The notes: generated from the letters alone by a model not told the origin. Shown: positions 27,109 through 40,719, numbered from the stretch's first letter. The stretch is DNA of 64,000 nucleotides from Octopus vulgaris (GCA_951406725.2 OX597816.1:95356001-95420000); one strand, 5' to 3'. Made by a program: numbers and translations.

Positions 27109-30100
27109 TAGCAGCATAGCCCGGCGTTGCCCGGGTATGTAAGAGCCCCTAGTTGCCCAAATTCAGACGGAAAACCCTAGCAACGATGTCGTGTCGATGG
27201 GTGTGAGATTGACCCGGGAGGAGTTCGCGAGTGATTTCGTCGCAGCTGGGATTGCACGTGTAGGTGATAAAGAGGTCCGGCCGGCCGTAAATGCGCACGT
27301 AGGTGAAGGCGTCTTGGGTCCTTTCACGCATATATCGCGGTCCTCCCGTGAAGGTGGAGGGTAGGATGCATGGCTTGCCGATGTTGCGAGGGTCATTTTC
27401 TTGTTGCAAACCGTCACGGAGATGAATGTAGGAGTCGGAGCGAAGTTTGGTCTGATTAAGTTTAATGTATAGCAGCCTTTCCGATTCCATTTTTGCGGCC
27501 ATGTCGACGGCGAACTGGTTGAATAGCTGACGACAACGGGGCAATAAGTTGAACTCACCCTCCCTGACCATGAACCGGTATGAGTAGAACGCCCTGCAGG
27601 AAACCGTCTTTGATGCCGCAGTAGTTTGATTGGAGGGCTGCCGTAAAGGAATTCCGAAGTGGTAGCCGTCTTCCCCATAAGGGAAAAGCAATGGATACTG
27701 AAGCGCGTCATAAGATCTGTGAGTCTCGCTGATCCTGTGTAGGTTGTTACCACGGGAGGAGATGATTATGTCACGGCTGTTGTGTTGCTCTCCGTGTATG
27801 ACTGCGGCAATTTCGTTGCACGCAGGTGCGTTGAAACGGCGTTCGTGCTCCCCGTGGGGTCGTTTATCAGCATCAATGACAACGGTGAAGTTTGAAGATG
27901 GAGCACTGTCCAAGGCATATCTGAAGCTGCAGACGTAGCTGTTGATATCATGAAGCATGGTTTGGAGACGGAGAAGAATGTCTTTGCGGGGAACATAGCT
28001 TGTACCCGGTATTATTCCAAGGCGTGCATCAACCTGGTGGTTGTAGTCGGCAATGAAGTATATTTGGAGGAAAGAAGACTGCTGAATCTCGTCTGGCAGA
28101 AGTGACCCAATAAGATGGTAGACCTGTCCCTGCACTTTGAAAGTAGGCATCCAGCCTTCTCTGGGAGGAATTTTGGCCCCGAAAGAGGTCATTTGGAATG
28201 AGCAGTTGTACTTTCGAATTATTTCAAGGAATTGTGACGAATCGGGGGTTAAACCCGCCGCGAGATCCTTCAGTGGTTGAGGTGGTTCCCGTAGGGGTGG
28301 CAGGTCCACTTTGCCACCAGAGCAGCACAAACCAGGTGGCTCTCCGGGCCATTTCTTGGCTTTGCAAAACTGGCATACAATTGTCATTGACCCTATCTTG
28401 ATGTCGTCACGCAAGGAGAAGTTAATTGTGGCGTCGTAATTGAATGCTAGTGACAACCAGAAAGCGGGGGCAGGGGTACGTACACCACGAATGATATCCC
28501 GACGTTTGTTGATACTCTCAAGTCGAGTGCACCGTGCCTCAGCAGATTCAGATGCACGTGCGACAGCGGTAGCAGTGGCATCCCTTGAAAGCCTTTCAGC
28601 TCTCGCCTCAGCACCCTCTGAAGCCCTAGCAGAAGCAGTGTTAATGGCATGTCTGGATGTCCGAATAGTCCGTTGGTGTGGAGTTTCGGCAGATCGAGCC
28701 CTGGCTGTGTTTGCGGCGTTAGCAGCTTGGCGAGCTCTCCTCTGTTGAGGTGTTTCGGCAGCTTTGGCCATGGCTTTGTTTGCGGCGTCAGCATCTTGGC
28801 GAGTTCTCCTCTGCTGTGATGTTTCGACAGATCGTGTCCTGGCGGTGCTAGTGGCGTTAGCCGCATTCCGAATGGCCCTTTGTTCGGGGTTCTCGCGAGC
28901 TCTGCGGATGGAAGCACAGTAAGAAGCCCGCATGTTTTGGCTGGACTGTTGCTCTTTCGTCAACCTCGAGCGGAGGGAAGATCTGTACGCTGCGACCCTT
29001 GCAAGTCGGGTAGAACGGTCGCTAGTAGTTTCAGATGCCTGAGCAGCGGCATAACGGGAAGCTGTTTGCGAGAGGCGCAAGGCGGTTTCCTCGTGGGTCT
29101 CGCGTGCCCTTCTAGCCCTAGCAGCCGATGCCTTGGCCGTCCGAGGGCTGAGGAGGGTCCTTCTCTTCTTGGGTGGCATTTTGGTGGATAGCAATGTGTT
29201 TGGCAAAGGTGTAATAAAAAGGAACACGTGGGGTAAGTATTTTGGTGGATAGCAATGTGTTTGGTAAAGGTGTAATAAAAAGGAGCTCGTGGGGTAAGTA
29301 TCCGAAAATGTATAAAAATGTACAAAAACGGCCAAAAAGCTGGCAGCAATGTGAGTGACAACAACGAAAAAGTCAAAAGTGATCAAACTGAACAAACGAA
29401 AGGAAAAGTTTTTTGATGCACACGACAAAAGTGGTTTCTAATAAACCAAGAGTTTGCAAGTAGCGTCCGAGGACCGTTAGGGTACGTCAAAAATTGAAGG
29501 TAAAACGTTTGGGGTGGTAGTTATAAAGAAAGTTTAAACAAAAAAACGTATTCGAATAACTTGCGGCTGCAGCAGCTATTAGCAGAAGTGGCGGTGTTGG
29601 GGGTAAAGTCTCGAATGTAATTTCTTCCTGGTAGGAATTGGTTGGATCGAATTATCGATAGCTAAAAAGGTCAAGTTGCGTCCCCTAGACAGTCTGGTTT
29701 GTGTTTAATACACAAATTTGTTTGCTATGTGTGCCACATATGATTAAATTAACCGATTTTTTCCAATAATGTATCCTATTGGAATAAAAAGGGCTATATA
29801 GCTCCTTGGAGCAGACATGATGCTCGTTGTGAAAAAAAAAAGATTCCTGCCAATTTGTGAAAGATATTGTCGAAAATATGTCATCTTGAATTTGAACGCG
29901 ATTTCCCAAAATGGCATGATTTTATCGATTGTTTCTGATGGTAAGGTATTGCATGGAAAACTAACGTCAGAATTGAGTTTCTTAGGGTAACATTAAGCTT
30001 CACCATGAGTTTGGTGAAAATCGATTGCAAGTTGTGAAAACTACCATAGATAATGCGTTGCATAAAAAAAGCTTAGATTCTCGAGTTGCGTCCCCTAGAC

Positions 30101-30331
30101 AGTCTGTGGTTCATGTTTATGATTCTCGACCCCATGTCGAATTTATCAATTTTTTTCAGAACTGGGGGAACTTTTCAAAATTTTCGCTGCGTTAGTTTTG
30201 AATTATGACATTGGGCTATGTGTGTGTCAAGTTTCATCAGAATCGGTTGAAAGCCGTGGTCAGGGTGAGGGTACGAGAAAACAGACACACAGAAGCACGC
30301 ACAGACAAACTGCCGTTTATATATAGAGAGA
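27108..30331 (-). mobile_element. Internally deleted Helitron with both termini
   Basis: Minus-strand 3' end CCCGGGCAACGCCGGG..CTAG at 27108, 5' TC near 30331; encodes the Rep N-terminal part. Confidence 0.92.
27149..29179 (-). CDS. Truncated Helitron RepHel protein: STPR-like repeats, Zn finger and Rep N-terminus; HUH motif and helicase absent
   Basis: Probable start MPPKKRR (29179); 23-aa ETxxQRxxR repeats; CQFC..CC finger; YPLLFPYGEDG; LPSTFTGGPRYM; YGRPDLFITYTCNP; stop about 40 bp before the 3' terminus. Confidence 0.88.
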   Translation of the reverse strand: MPPKKRRTLLSPRTAKASAARARRARETHEETALRLSQTASRYAAAQASETTSDRSTRLARVAAYRSSLRSRLTKEQQSSQNMRASYCASIRRARENPEQRAIRNAANATSTARTRSVETSQQRRTRQDADAANKAMAKAAETPQQRRARQAANAANTARARSAETPHQRTIRTSRHAINTASARASEGAEARAERLSRDATATAVARASESAEARCTRLESINKRRDIIRGVRTPAPAFWLSLAFNYDATINFSLRDDIKIGSMTIVCQFCKAKKWPGEPPGLCCSGGKVDLPPLREPPQPLKDLAAGLTPDSSQFLEIIRKYNCSFQMTSFGAKIPPREGWMPTFKVQGQVYHLIGSLLPDEIQQSSFLQIYFIADYNHQVDARLGIIPGTSYVPRKDILLRLQTMLHDINSYVCSFRYALDSAPSSNFTVVIDADKRPHGEHERRFNAPACNEIAAVIHGEQHNSRDIIISSRGNNLHRISETHRSYDALQYPLLFPYGEDGYHFGIPLRQPSNQTTAASKTVSCRAFYSYRFMVREGEFNLLPRCRQLFNQFAVDMAAKMESERLLYIKLNQTKLRSDSYIHLRDGLQQENDPRNIGKPCILPSTFTGGPRYMRERTQDAFTYVRIYGRPDLFITYTCNPSCDEITRELLPGQSHTHRHDIVARVFRLNLGN

Positions 30332-30829
30332 TAACGTATATGTAGATACATACATACACATTCAGACACAAAACATGCTCTCACACTCCCACACAAACAC
30401 GCGAGCGTGAGCGCAAAATGGGCGTATAGTTGGTTAATTTCTGTGAGATTGCAATTTCATTCTCCATGGCATAGAATTCAAGAACATGGCACTTCAAATT
30501 AAAATTACCACACAATTATGGATTGGATGCCAGAATTTATCCTTCTCTGTTTGCAATATTACATTAAATTCCAATCGTCATGCTGTTTAATTAATCATAT
30601 CTGCAACTGAAAATAATGAGTTTATTGTTTCACATGTTTGCTTGCTCCTAACATATTGACGTTGGATTCTTTACTTAGTAATTTTTATTAACTCAATTTT
30701 ACAATTTAGTTGTAACAAACACACTCACACACACTCAAACACACTCATATACACAAGCAATCCAACACACTCACACACATACACTCAAACGCACTCACAC
30801 ACACACACACATAGACACACATACACATA

Positions 30830-31200
30830 TTCTTTTACTTGTTTCAGTAATTTGTCTGCAGCCATTAGTCGAACAACACGCCCCCGCGACTTATGCTTTG
30901 TAAGCCTAGTACTTATCCTATCGTTATTTACTGCCGAACCGCGTAGTTAAGGGGACGTAAACACACAAACATCGGTTGTCAAGAGATGGTGGGAGGACAA
31001 GCACACACATACACAAATATATATATATATATGATGGGCTTCTTTCAGTTTCCGTCTACCAAATCCACTTACAAGGCTTTGCTCGGCCCGAGACTATAGT
31101 AGATTACACTATCCCAAGGTACTACGCAGTGGGACAGAACCCGGAACTATGTGGTTGGGAAGCAAGCTTCTTACAACGCAGCCACGCTGCGCCAATAGCT
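30830..31200 (-). mobile_element. SINE family A, near full length
   Basis: Minus-strand head GCAGCGTGGCTGCGTTGTAAGAAGCTTGCTTCCCAACCACATAGTTCCGGGTTC and tail CTGAAACAAGTAAAAG. Confidence 0.8.
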
Positions 31201-31279
31201 TCTTACCACACAGCCACGTAAGTTTAAAAACACAGTAAGATTAGTAATTGACGACACATTCACACACATAAGCACACGT

Positions 31280-32910
31280 ATACATAGTTCGTCCGTCGCT
31301 GTCGTTGACGATGACAAAGAACAGCAAATAAAAGAGTAAGACAAGCCACGTTGTATTCGGCTATGACCAATGAGTTCGCAGCGTATTCTGAAGGCCCTAT
31401 CACAGATCGGGCTCTGGTGGTCTGCTGGGGCTGAACGTGAGGAATTAGCTCTTGACTTGCGCAGTTCACATTGTCTTTGTGCTCCTGCAATCTTGTTCTC
31501 TACGCAGGAACAGTCTTTCGCTTGCGTTTCCCAGGTGTAGATATTGATTTCAAAGCTCCGCAGTCTGGCTTTAAGCGTATCCATGAAGCGCTGTTACTGT
31601 CCATCTTGTATGCGCTTACCTTCCTCTAGTTCGCTGTAAAACGGACTCTTAGGATGTTGTGTGTGCACCTGACTTGTGCATTTCTCAACTGTGTGTAAAT
31701 ACTTGTCTGGATCAGCTCAAGAGAGGAACACTGTGTCCAGGACCTTGCCTTACCAGATAATTTTCAATAGTTTTCTCATTGATTTCTTGTGGAAGAAGCT
31801 TAGCGTGATGTTCGCAAATCGTCCATGTCTCACAAGCGTACAGTTCCGTAGGTAGCATAACTGCTTTGTACACCTTCAGCTTGATGGTCAGTCTTATACT
31901 TCTTCCCTCCCACACCAATTCACGTAGTCGTCCGAATGCTGAGCTTCCTTTGGCGATGCGTGTGTAGACTTCATCGTCAATGTTCACAAATCTGGAGAGT
32001 GTACTGTCGAGGTACGGGAATTTATAAACAATATTCAGGGTTTCCTCTTCGTCAGTGGTAGTTGGTTCCACATATGGTTTCTGAGAGCAGGTTGGTGCAT
32101 GACCTCTGCCTTTTGAGTACTGACTGTGAGGCCAAAGTTGCTGCAAGCAGTGGGAAAATAGTTCATGCTCTGTTGCAGCATGGTCTCTGTCGCGGCGCAC
32201 ACTCGTCTGCGAACAAGAAGTCACGCACTTAGTCCTCTTCCAACACGGTCTTGAATTGTAGATTTTGCAGGTTGAAGAGTTTGCTATAAGTTCTGAATAT
32301 GATATTCATACTGGTTTTGTCGTTGTTGTAGAAGGCATCTGACAGCACGGGTGAGAACATGCTGAACAACAAAGGTGCGACTACACAGCCTTCCTTGATT
32401 CCGTTAAGACTGGGAAAGCTTCGGAATAATCTCCGCGGTCCAGTACTCGAGCAAGCATGCCGTCATGGTACTGTCGCATAATGTTGATAAGTTTGCCCAG
32501 TCAGCCTGTCGAATTTTCTCACGATCTCCCAGAGCCCCTCACTACTGAGGATGTCAAAGGTCTTGGTTAAATCTACAAACATCATGTACCTGATCTGTTC
32601 CTGACACATCTGAGGTTTGTGTGCTGCATAGTTCATGACAACTGTCCCAAGGCCATATCTGAATCCACACCGAATCTCTGGGAGAGACCCATCTTCAACG
32701 TCCCGTGTTAATCAGATAAGGACATCGCTTGCGAGCTTCATTTCCGCGATAACAAGGAGACACATTCTTCGGTGGTTGTCATAAGCCTGCCTGTTTCCCT
32801 TTCTCTTACAGAGATGGACAATAAAAGCGTCCTTGACCTCTTGAGGAACGACTTCCTGTGGAAACATGATCGGAAAGAAATTGGGGAGCTTCTGTTTCAA
32901 GACTGGTCCG
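31280..32910 (-). mobile_element. Degenerate RTE-clade LINE (RT plus C-terminal C2H2 finger)
   Basis: KRKGNRQAYDNHR, FVDLTKTFD, GIKEGCVVAP, YKAVMLPTELYACETW and CDRAFRIRCELIGHSR. Confidence 0.88.
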
Positions 32911-33314
32911 TGACAATATTCTCCGTGACAAAACGCAGTGAGTAGCTTGTTCTCCAGTTTGAATGTGCATCAAGCATATTCGGATTGATAATAACATTAG
33001 AATTAGTAGCGGTTTATTCTTTCTGTTGAGGAAGTTATACTTTCTGGTGCTTATAGACGAAAGCACAAGAAGAATATCACATCAAAAGACAGAGAATTAT
33101 AAATATTAATTTATATTTGTTGCAAACCATTGTAATCAAAAGGACTTAACTTTTATTTAAGCTAGGAATCGAATGAAATATATTAAAAGTAAGAAAAAAA
33201 CCCAGTTTAATTGTAAAAGTCAATAAATCGTTGGATAAAAAAGTAGAGTTGACCAAAGCTCATCACTCGATATATCATTTCGAATTTGTGAGAAACAATT
33301 CAGTAATTATGGGT

Positions 33315-33600
33315 CAGGCGTGTCTGTGTGGTAAGAAGTTTGCTTCCCAACCAAATGGTCCCGGGTTCAGTCTCACTGCGTGGCACTTTGGGCTAGTGTC
33401 TTCTACTATAGCCCCAGCCCGACCAAAGCCTGTGTCGGTGTGTTTACGTCCCGTTACTTGGCAGGTCGGCAAAAGCGAACAGCAGAATAAATACTAGGCC
33501 TTTAAAAAGTGGGACCTGGGGATTATTCGTTTGACTAAAACCCTTCACAGCGGAGCTCCAGCATGGCCGCACTCAGTTGACTGAAACAAGTAAAAGAATA
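33315..33600 (+). mobile_element. SINE family A
   Basis: Head CAGGCGTGTCTGTGTGGTAAGAAGTTTGCTTCCCAACC; tail CTGAAACAAGTAAAAG. Confidence 0.82.
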
Positions 33601-34700
33601 TGAGAATGGGAATGTAATTTCTGAAAATAGATTTCATTGATATGTATACGCAGAAAAAACTGAGTTACTAAAAAATAGCATTTATAATCCTTTCCATAAT
33701 ATTCATGTATGTTATGTATTTCGATTAGAATTCAAAATCTAAATAATATTCTGAGCTAAATGACAATTTTAAATAATACCATAACTGTTATATATTTCTA
33801 ATTGCCTATATGAATCTGGAAATTACGAACACCTGATCGCAAAAAGTTCCATTGAAATCAGTGTAGATTGCCAAAGCAATCATAAAATATATTTAACTGC
33901 AGATTAATTTGAATAAATGTAAAAATATATGTTATACTAGATTTCGAATGTAAGGATATAATATGACAGCCTATGTACACTAACGACAATTAGATTTAAG
34001 GGGAACAATATAAATCTATTAAAAACGCGATGATATTAATCTAAAATTTTAGAGGTTAAATGTATGATAATAAAAAAAATGGGACTATATTAACAGTAAA
34101 AGCTAAGTTGGCTAGGTGCCCTCAAGATATTTATATGAATACAAAATTGAGTGAAATTACACACACACGCACATATATATACACACACACATATAAATAC
34201 AGATATACAGATAAATAGAGAGACATATAATACATACACATATTTATGTATGTGTATATGTGTCTCTTTCTTCCTCTCCCCCCTCTCTCTCTCTTACTAT
34301 ATATACATACATATATTATCTCACACCTGAGTATCGTCCATTTTTCTTTTCCTCACATGACCATGATTGTTTTCCTGCGCGGACATTCAAAGGACTGGAC
34401 ATTTTGTTTTTTCCTTCTCTTTTTTTCTTTGTTTGTTTAATTTTGTCTTTCTTGCCGTACACGTTCACTATTTTCTTACAAAGGGGTCTAATGATTTTAG
34501 ATTAGGCTTTTTGGGGGCAACCAGAACGAACCATCTCAAGTGTAATTGTGCGAAATGGTCGTCACTTATCGCACTTCATTGAAGAAACAGATCCAAGAAT
34601 GACCCGTCTTTTTTGCCTGACGTTCTAATTATTGTTTCTCTTGTCTGCCTTTGTGCCGTTTATCTGACCGAATGTTTTAATGCCCTCTATTGCGTTTTTC

Positions 34701-34761
<61 letters not shown>

Positions 34762-34767
<6 letters not shown>

Positions 34768-36778
34768 TCAAAATAAAAACATGATCCAAAGGATTTAGCG
34801 GTATATATGTTTCGGGCCTTTATTAGACGGTTTTATAACAATGCATAATTGATGTAAATGTGTGTCTATGGCCTTCTTCAGCCGCGTACAATTACTACTT
34901 CAAGGACATATATTACATTACAAGTTTTACGTTGGGGAAGCAAATCCTCATAGTCGCGTACGACAGAGTGGGGCACCAACACGAAATCGAAGCGTCCATC
35001 CCGCTTTTGACTTGATGTAGAATGAGGAAGTTTGGGTGTTGAGCTAGAGAGGGAAGGGGTGGGGTTGAATCTTTAGTGACTTAGGGATCACAAAGGGGGG
35101 GGGGGTAAAGGAGTAAAAGATTACAAAAGAGTAAAATTTTTTAAAAATATATGAAAAAGATATAAGAATATAAAAAAAAGATATAAGAATATAAAAAAAT
35201 ATATAAGAATATAAAAAATATATATAAGAATATACAAAAAGTATCTAAGTATATAAATATATAAATAAATATATAAATATATATACATAAATACACACGG
35301 ACGTGAAAAAAACATGGTAATATAAATAAATAGGGATATAGATAAAGAAGCGAAAATTAAGGACGAAAGAAAATAAGGATAAGAAAATAAAAGACTATAT
35401 AAGGGGATGAAGGGAGAAATGTAGGGGGTGAAGACAGGGTGGTCAGAAGATAGCGTATTCCGGTTGTTGAGGCATACCGGTGTAATGGCGGGTGTTATAA
35501 ATTAACTGTCTGGAGACCAAGTAGATTGGTCAATCTCGGTTGTCTCGTTTGTGGCTAAACAGTATATCTACTTCCTCGTAAATTGTCTTTGTTACTAATG
35601 GTCAACGTGTACATACGTACATGCATGCACATACACATCCACACGTATATATACATACGTACTCTCGTATAAAGATACCGACAGGGGTACGCATATACAT
35701 ACGTCCCGCTACGCACGGATACCCAGGCCTGCGCAAGCTAAGTACATAAAAGTAAATACACTAACCCGCCTCTGCATACTCACTCGTATACGTACAAATA
35801 CATACTCGCACGTACATATATAAAGCCCACCTGTCTACACCCTTATATACGTATATGCGTACATACATAAATATCTCAGTATACACATACATACGGAAAA
35901 AAACGCATGTAGTTGGGTACGAGAACTGACGCGCATACGTACGTATACACATACACGTACATACGCACATACACACACACTCACACACACATTCGCACAC
36001 ATGGGGAAGTAAATCCCTATGTTTATGGACAAAAATATGCGTACACCCACCCTCACGCCCACACTCATACACATGGGGGAGTAAATCCCTATGCATATAC
36101 ACAAAAGTATGCATATATGCATATGCACAGACACAGGTATAACAGGTAGATTCGTTCCCGCACACACGCAAAACAGACCTACATATTCTAAATAAAAAAT
36201 TAAGATCAAATAAAAGAATTTTGGGCAAACAAACATTTTTTAGAAGGGAAAACACAAAAGTAAAAACAAAAATAAAGGGAAAAATGGAAATTAAAAATTT
36301 GAAAAAATAAAATAATAATGAAATACAAAAATAAAATAGGGGACATTAAATTGAGCACAATTGATCCCTAACTCACTAAAGATTCAACCCCACATCCACC
36401 CCTTCCCTCTCTAGCTCAACATCCAAACTTCCTCATTCTACATCAAGTCAAAAGCGGGATGGACGCTTCGATTTCGTGTTGGTGCCCCACTCTGTCGTAC
36501 GCGACTATGAGGATTTGCTTCCCCAACGTAAAACTTATAATGTAATATATGTCCTTGAAGTAGTAATTGTACGCGGCTGAAGAAGGCCATAGACACACAT
36601 TTACATCAATTATGCATTGATATAAAACCGTCTAATAAAGGCCCGAAACATATGCACCGCTAAATCCTTTGGATCATGTTTTTATTTTGATTAATATACT
36701 CTATCACCTACACCACTAAATGGTATATACAGGTGCTTACAACTATCAAGCATTCACCCTGAATTTGTGTACCCAACT

Positions 36779-36780
<2 letters not shown>
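34762..36780 (+). mobile_element. Penelope-type fold-back element with about 330-bp inverted arms, flanked by (TA)n
   Basis: 34762-35090 is the reverse complement of 36362-36696; each arm carries a hammerhead; unique tail 36697-36780. Confidence 0.85.
36573..36660 (+). ncRNA. Hammerhead motif (inverted copy at 34798-34885, minus)
   Basis: GCGG CTGAAGA A GGCC ATAGAC...GTCTA ATAAA GGCC C GAAA CATATG CA CCGC; the other arm reads GAAACATATATACCGC; implied ancestral triplet GUA. Confidence 0.75.
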
Positions 36781-36862
<82 letters not shown>

Positions 36863-37764
36863 TTGAGTTGTGGGGTATCGCACGAGTGGGATTATATAAG
36901 AAAAAAGGTTTGAAAATGCAATTTAAACGATGTTTATTTACTTAACCGGTTTCACTCTTTGGTAAAAGATTGTCAAAAGTTACATTTAAGGAAACATTGA
37001 ATAATATGGGTTCAAAAAAAGTTTTTTACATAATTGTCACATTGAATATTATGCATTCAAAAAAGTTTTTTACATAATTGTCACATTGGATATTATGAAT
37101 TCAAAAATGTTTTTTTATACATAATTGTCACATTACATGTATAAATATAGTGTTTGGTAACAGAGAAGTTCAATAGTATGATGAGAATATTTGGGAAAAT
37201 TTGGCAGAAAAGGATATAACAAATATATTATTGGGAATTGGTTGCGTTAATTATTGGTTGTCGCAAATTGTCACATTACATGTATATATATACAATCTTT
37301 GGTATATATATACAGCCTTTTGACAGCAAAAATTAAAATGGATTTTTTATACATCTCAGAATATTTTAAGTTCAAGGCGAGAATATGTTTTTACTGACCT
37401 GTCGGTATTAGCAGAAAGGCTGAACTGAGAGAAAAGAAGAAGTAGCCAATGTGGTGTATACTTCCCCTTTATGCATGAATGATTTTGGGGTTATCAGGAG
37501 GTTAGTATGCGGGTGTGAATAGATGTGTCCGTGCCTGCTGGTCAGATAGCGTCTGTTTGTCACACACATATATATATACACACACACACACACAACAACA
37601 CACACACACACACACACATAGTATACAAACACACACCACATACAAACAACACACACACACACACAGAACACACACACCCACACACAACGCACCCACATAT
37701 ATCACATATACACACAGCACACAAATATAACATGTATCTATATATAACATACACAGATATATAA

Positions 37765-37811
<47 letters not shown>

Positions 37812-38095
37812 CACACGCACACATACATACATAATATAAATATCACACAAATACACCTAGCATATATATACACACATACAATACACACATACAGCATGTA
37901 AATAATATACATACACAATATATGCATGCAATATACATACGCAATACATACATATAATATATATATATATAGAGACAATGCATATACACATATACACATA
38001 TACATATAAATAGTGTTTACATACACATACATAGATGTACCACATATACACACAATACACATACATACAATGCATACACATACACGTACGCATAC

Positions 38096-38128
<33 letters not shown>

Positions 38129-38786
38129 AACATACATACACACACAATGCATACATATATATACACGCAATGCATATACATGTATTCATGCACATATAGC
38201 ACACCTACAATATACATATATACAATGCACACATACACACACATATATACACTTAATTGTACACATACATATACAATACACATACATACAATATACATAT
38301 ACACAATGCGCATGCAAATAACGTACATGTTTATACACACATAAACATGCAAATAAATATACACACACACATACACACACACACATATATATACATATAT
38401 ATATATATATATACACCTACATACATACATACAAGCACATACATATATTTTTTCACACACATACACACACATATATATATATATAAAAAATTCACCCCCC
38501 CCCCCACACACACAAATTACAAACCTATAGCGTACACACTCAAATATATCTCTACATGCCGCACACACACACAAACAAAGTACTAACATATACACACATA
38601 CCATGCATATACACACACAACACACACACACATATATATATATAAAAACAAATACACATGTAAATCCATACACACGTACACAATGCTCACACACAGACAC
38701 ACACACACATACACACACACCCGCACACAGTGCACACACACACATATATACACACGTGCACACACACACACACAACGCGCGCGCAC

Positions 38787-38839
<53 letters not shown>

Positions 38840-38865
38840 CACCCGCGCACACACACACACAACGT

Positions 38866-38901
<36 letters not shown>

Positions 38902-39086
38902 CACTCACACACATACATCACCTACATATATATAATGCATGCGTGTGCATGCCACGTATGTGTGCGGTCAATGCCCGCTAGTGTGTCCTATGCGTGCCGA
39001 TGCGCGCATGTGCCCGCCCGCACGATATGCTGTGAGCGTGCGCGCGTCCCTGTGTGCTTGCTCTGGATGTGTTTTCAGGGGGTATG

Positions 39087-39638
39087 TTAGAGTATGTTTA
39101 GTTGTGGTCTGTATTTTTGAATAAGATTACTTTCCTTATTTATTCGTGTTTGGTCTGTGGTGTTGTCCGAGCATTGGTATAGTGGGAAGACTAAGAATTT
39201 GGGGGACTTATTGTGTGCACAAAGGTCTAAGTGTCCACTTAGTGGTATCTGTCTTGTGGAGGGGTCCCTCAGTTGTTGTCGGTGAACTGTCATTCTGTCT
39301 CTGAGGGTAAGGCTCGTTTGCCCTATGTAGTCTTCGTGGCATCCTTCACACCTTATGACGTAGAGTAAATTTTTTGATGCGCACGTGAAATTATTTTTTA
39401 TGATGAATGTGTGTCCCGAGTGGAACTTGTACGACGATCCCTCAATGAGGTGGATGCAGGTCTTGCAGTTGGGGCGACCACATTTTTTGATGGTGGGCGG
39501 TGGGTTTGTGTTGTGTAATTTTGCGTTGGTGAGGAGGTTTTTTAGGGATTTAGGTTGTCTCTTACTTTTGATTATTTTATGAGCTGCCAGTATTTTTTTC
39601 AGGCGTGGGTCTTGATTTAGTTGTGGAATGTTGTTGTA
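39087..39638 (-). CDS. Penelope-like GIY-YIG endonuclease, open C-terminal fragment without start codon
   Basis: IIKSKRQPKSLKNLLT, KCGRPNCKTC, CASKNLLYVIRCEGCHEDYIGQT, RMTVHRQQ, GHLDLCAH and RINKESNLIQKYRPQLN in one frame. Confidence 0.92.
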   Translation of the reverse strand, partial: YNNIPQLNQDPRLKKILAAHKIIKSKRQPKSLKNLLTNAKLHNTNPPPTIKKCGRPNCKTCIHLIEGSSYKFHSGHTFIIKNNFTCASKNLLYVIRCEGCHEDYIGQTSLTLRDRMTVHRQQLRDPSTRQIPLSGHLDLCAHNKSPKFLVFPLYQCSDNTTDQTRINKESNLIQKYRPQLNIL

Positions 39639-39789
39639 TATAATAGTGTTGTGTATAATAGTGTTGTATATAATACTGTTGTATATAATAGTGTTGTATA
39701 TAATAGTGTTGTATATAATAGTGTTGTGTGTGTGTGTGTTGTTTGTATGTGGTGTGTGTTTGTATACTATGTGTGTGTGTGTGTGTTGT

Positions 39790-39820
<31 letters not shown>

Positions 39821-40405
39821 GTGTGACAAACAGACGCTATCTGACCAGCAGGCACGGACACATCTATTCACACCCGCATACTAACCTCCTGATAACCCCA
39901 AAATCATTCATGCATAAAGGGGAAGTATACACCACATTGGCTACTTCTTCTTTTCTCTCAGTTCAGCCTTTCTGCTAATACCGACAGGTCAGTAAAAACA
40001 TATTCTCGCCTTGAACTTAAAATATTCTGAGATGTATAAAAAATCCATTTTAATTTTTGCTGTCAAAAGGCTGTATATATATATACCAAAGATTGTATAT
40101 ATATACATGTAATGTGACAATTTGCGACAACCAATAATTAACGCAACCAATTCCCAATAATATATTTGTTTTATCCTTTTCTGCCAAATTTTCCCAAATA
40201 TTCACATCATACTATTGAACTTCTCTGTTACCAAACACTATATTTATACATGTAATGTGACAATTATGTATAAAAAACATTTTTGAATTCATAATATCCA
40301 ATGTGACAATTATGTAAAAAACTTTTTTGAATGCATAATATTCAATGTGACAATTATGTAAAAAACTTTTTTGAACCCATATTATTCAATGTTTCCTTAA
40401 ATGTA

Positions 40406-40446
40406 ACTTTTGACAATCTTTTACCAAAGAGTGAAACCGGTTAAGT
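40406..40446 (+). ncRNA. Hammerhead-like motif with U3-A8 core (copies at 36940-36980 minus and 45434-45476 minus)
   Basis: ACTT TTGACAA TCTTTTACCAAAGAGT GAAA CCGG TT AAGT; palindromic stem III ACCGGT. Confidence 0.6.
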
Positions 40447-40485
40447 AAATAAACATCGTTTAAATTGCATTTTCAAACCTTTTTT

Positions 40486-40667
<182 letters not shown>

Positions 40668-40719
40668 TATATATATATATATGCATATACATATATATAT
40701 ATGCATATACATATATATA

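Noticed and set aside
29180-29428. First 83 aa of the 759-aa ORF
   Set aside because: It begins at a non-ATG codon and runs through a 60-bp tandem duplication; MPPKKRR at 29179 is the more plausible start.
37015-37140. About 42-bp tandem units resembling a CRISPR array
   Set aside because: No unique spacers and a eukaryotic context; it is a tandem sub-repeat within the PLE pLTR.
37408-39124. Many long ORFs rich in YI, CV and HT dipeptides, here and throughout the window
   Set aside because: They are translations of (TA)n, (CA)n and (TATG)n microsatellites, not genes.
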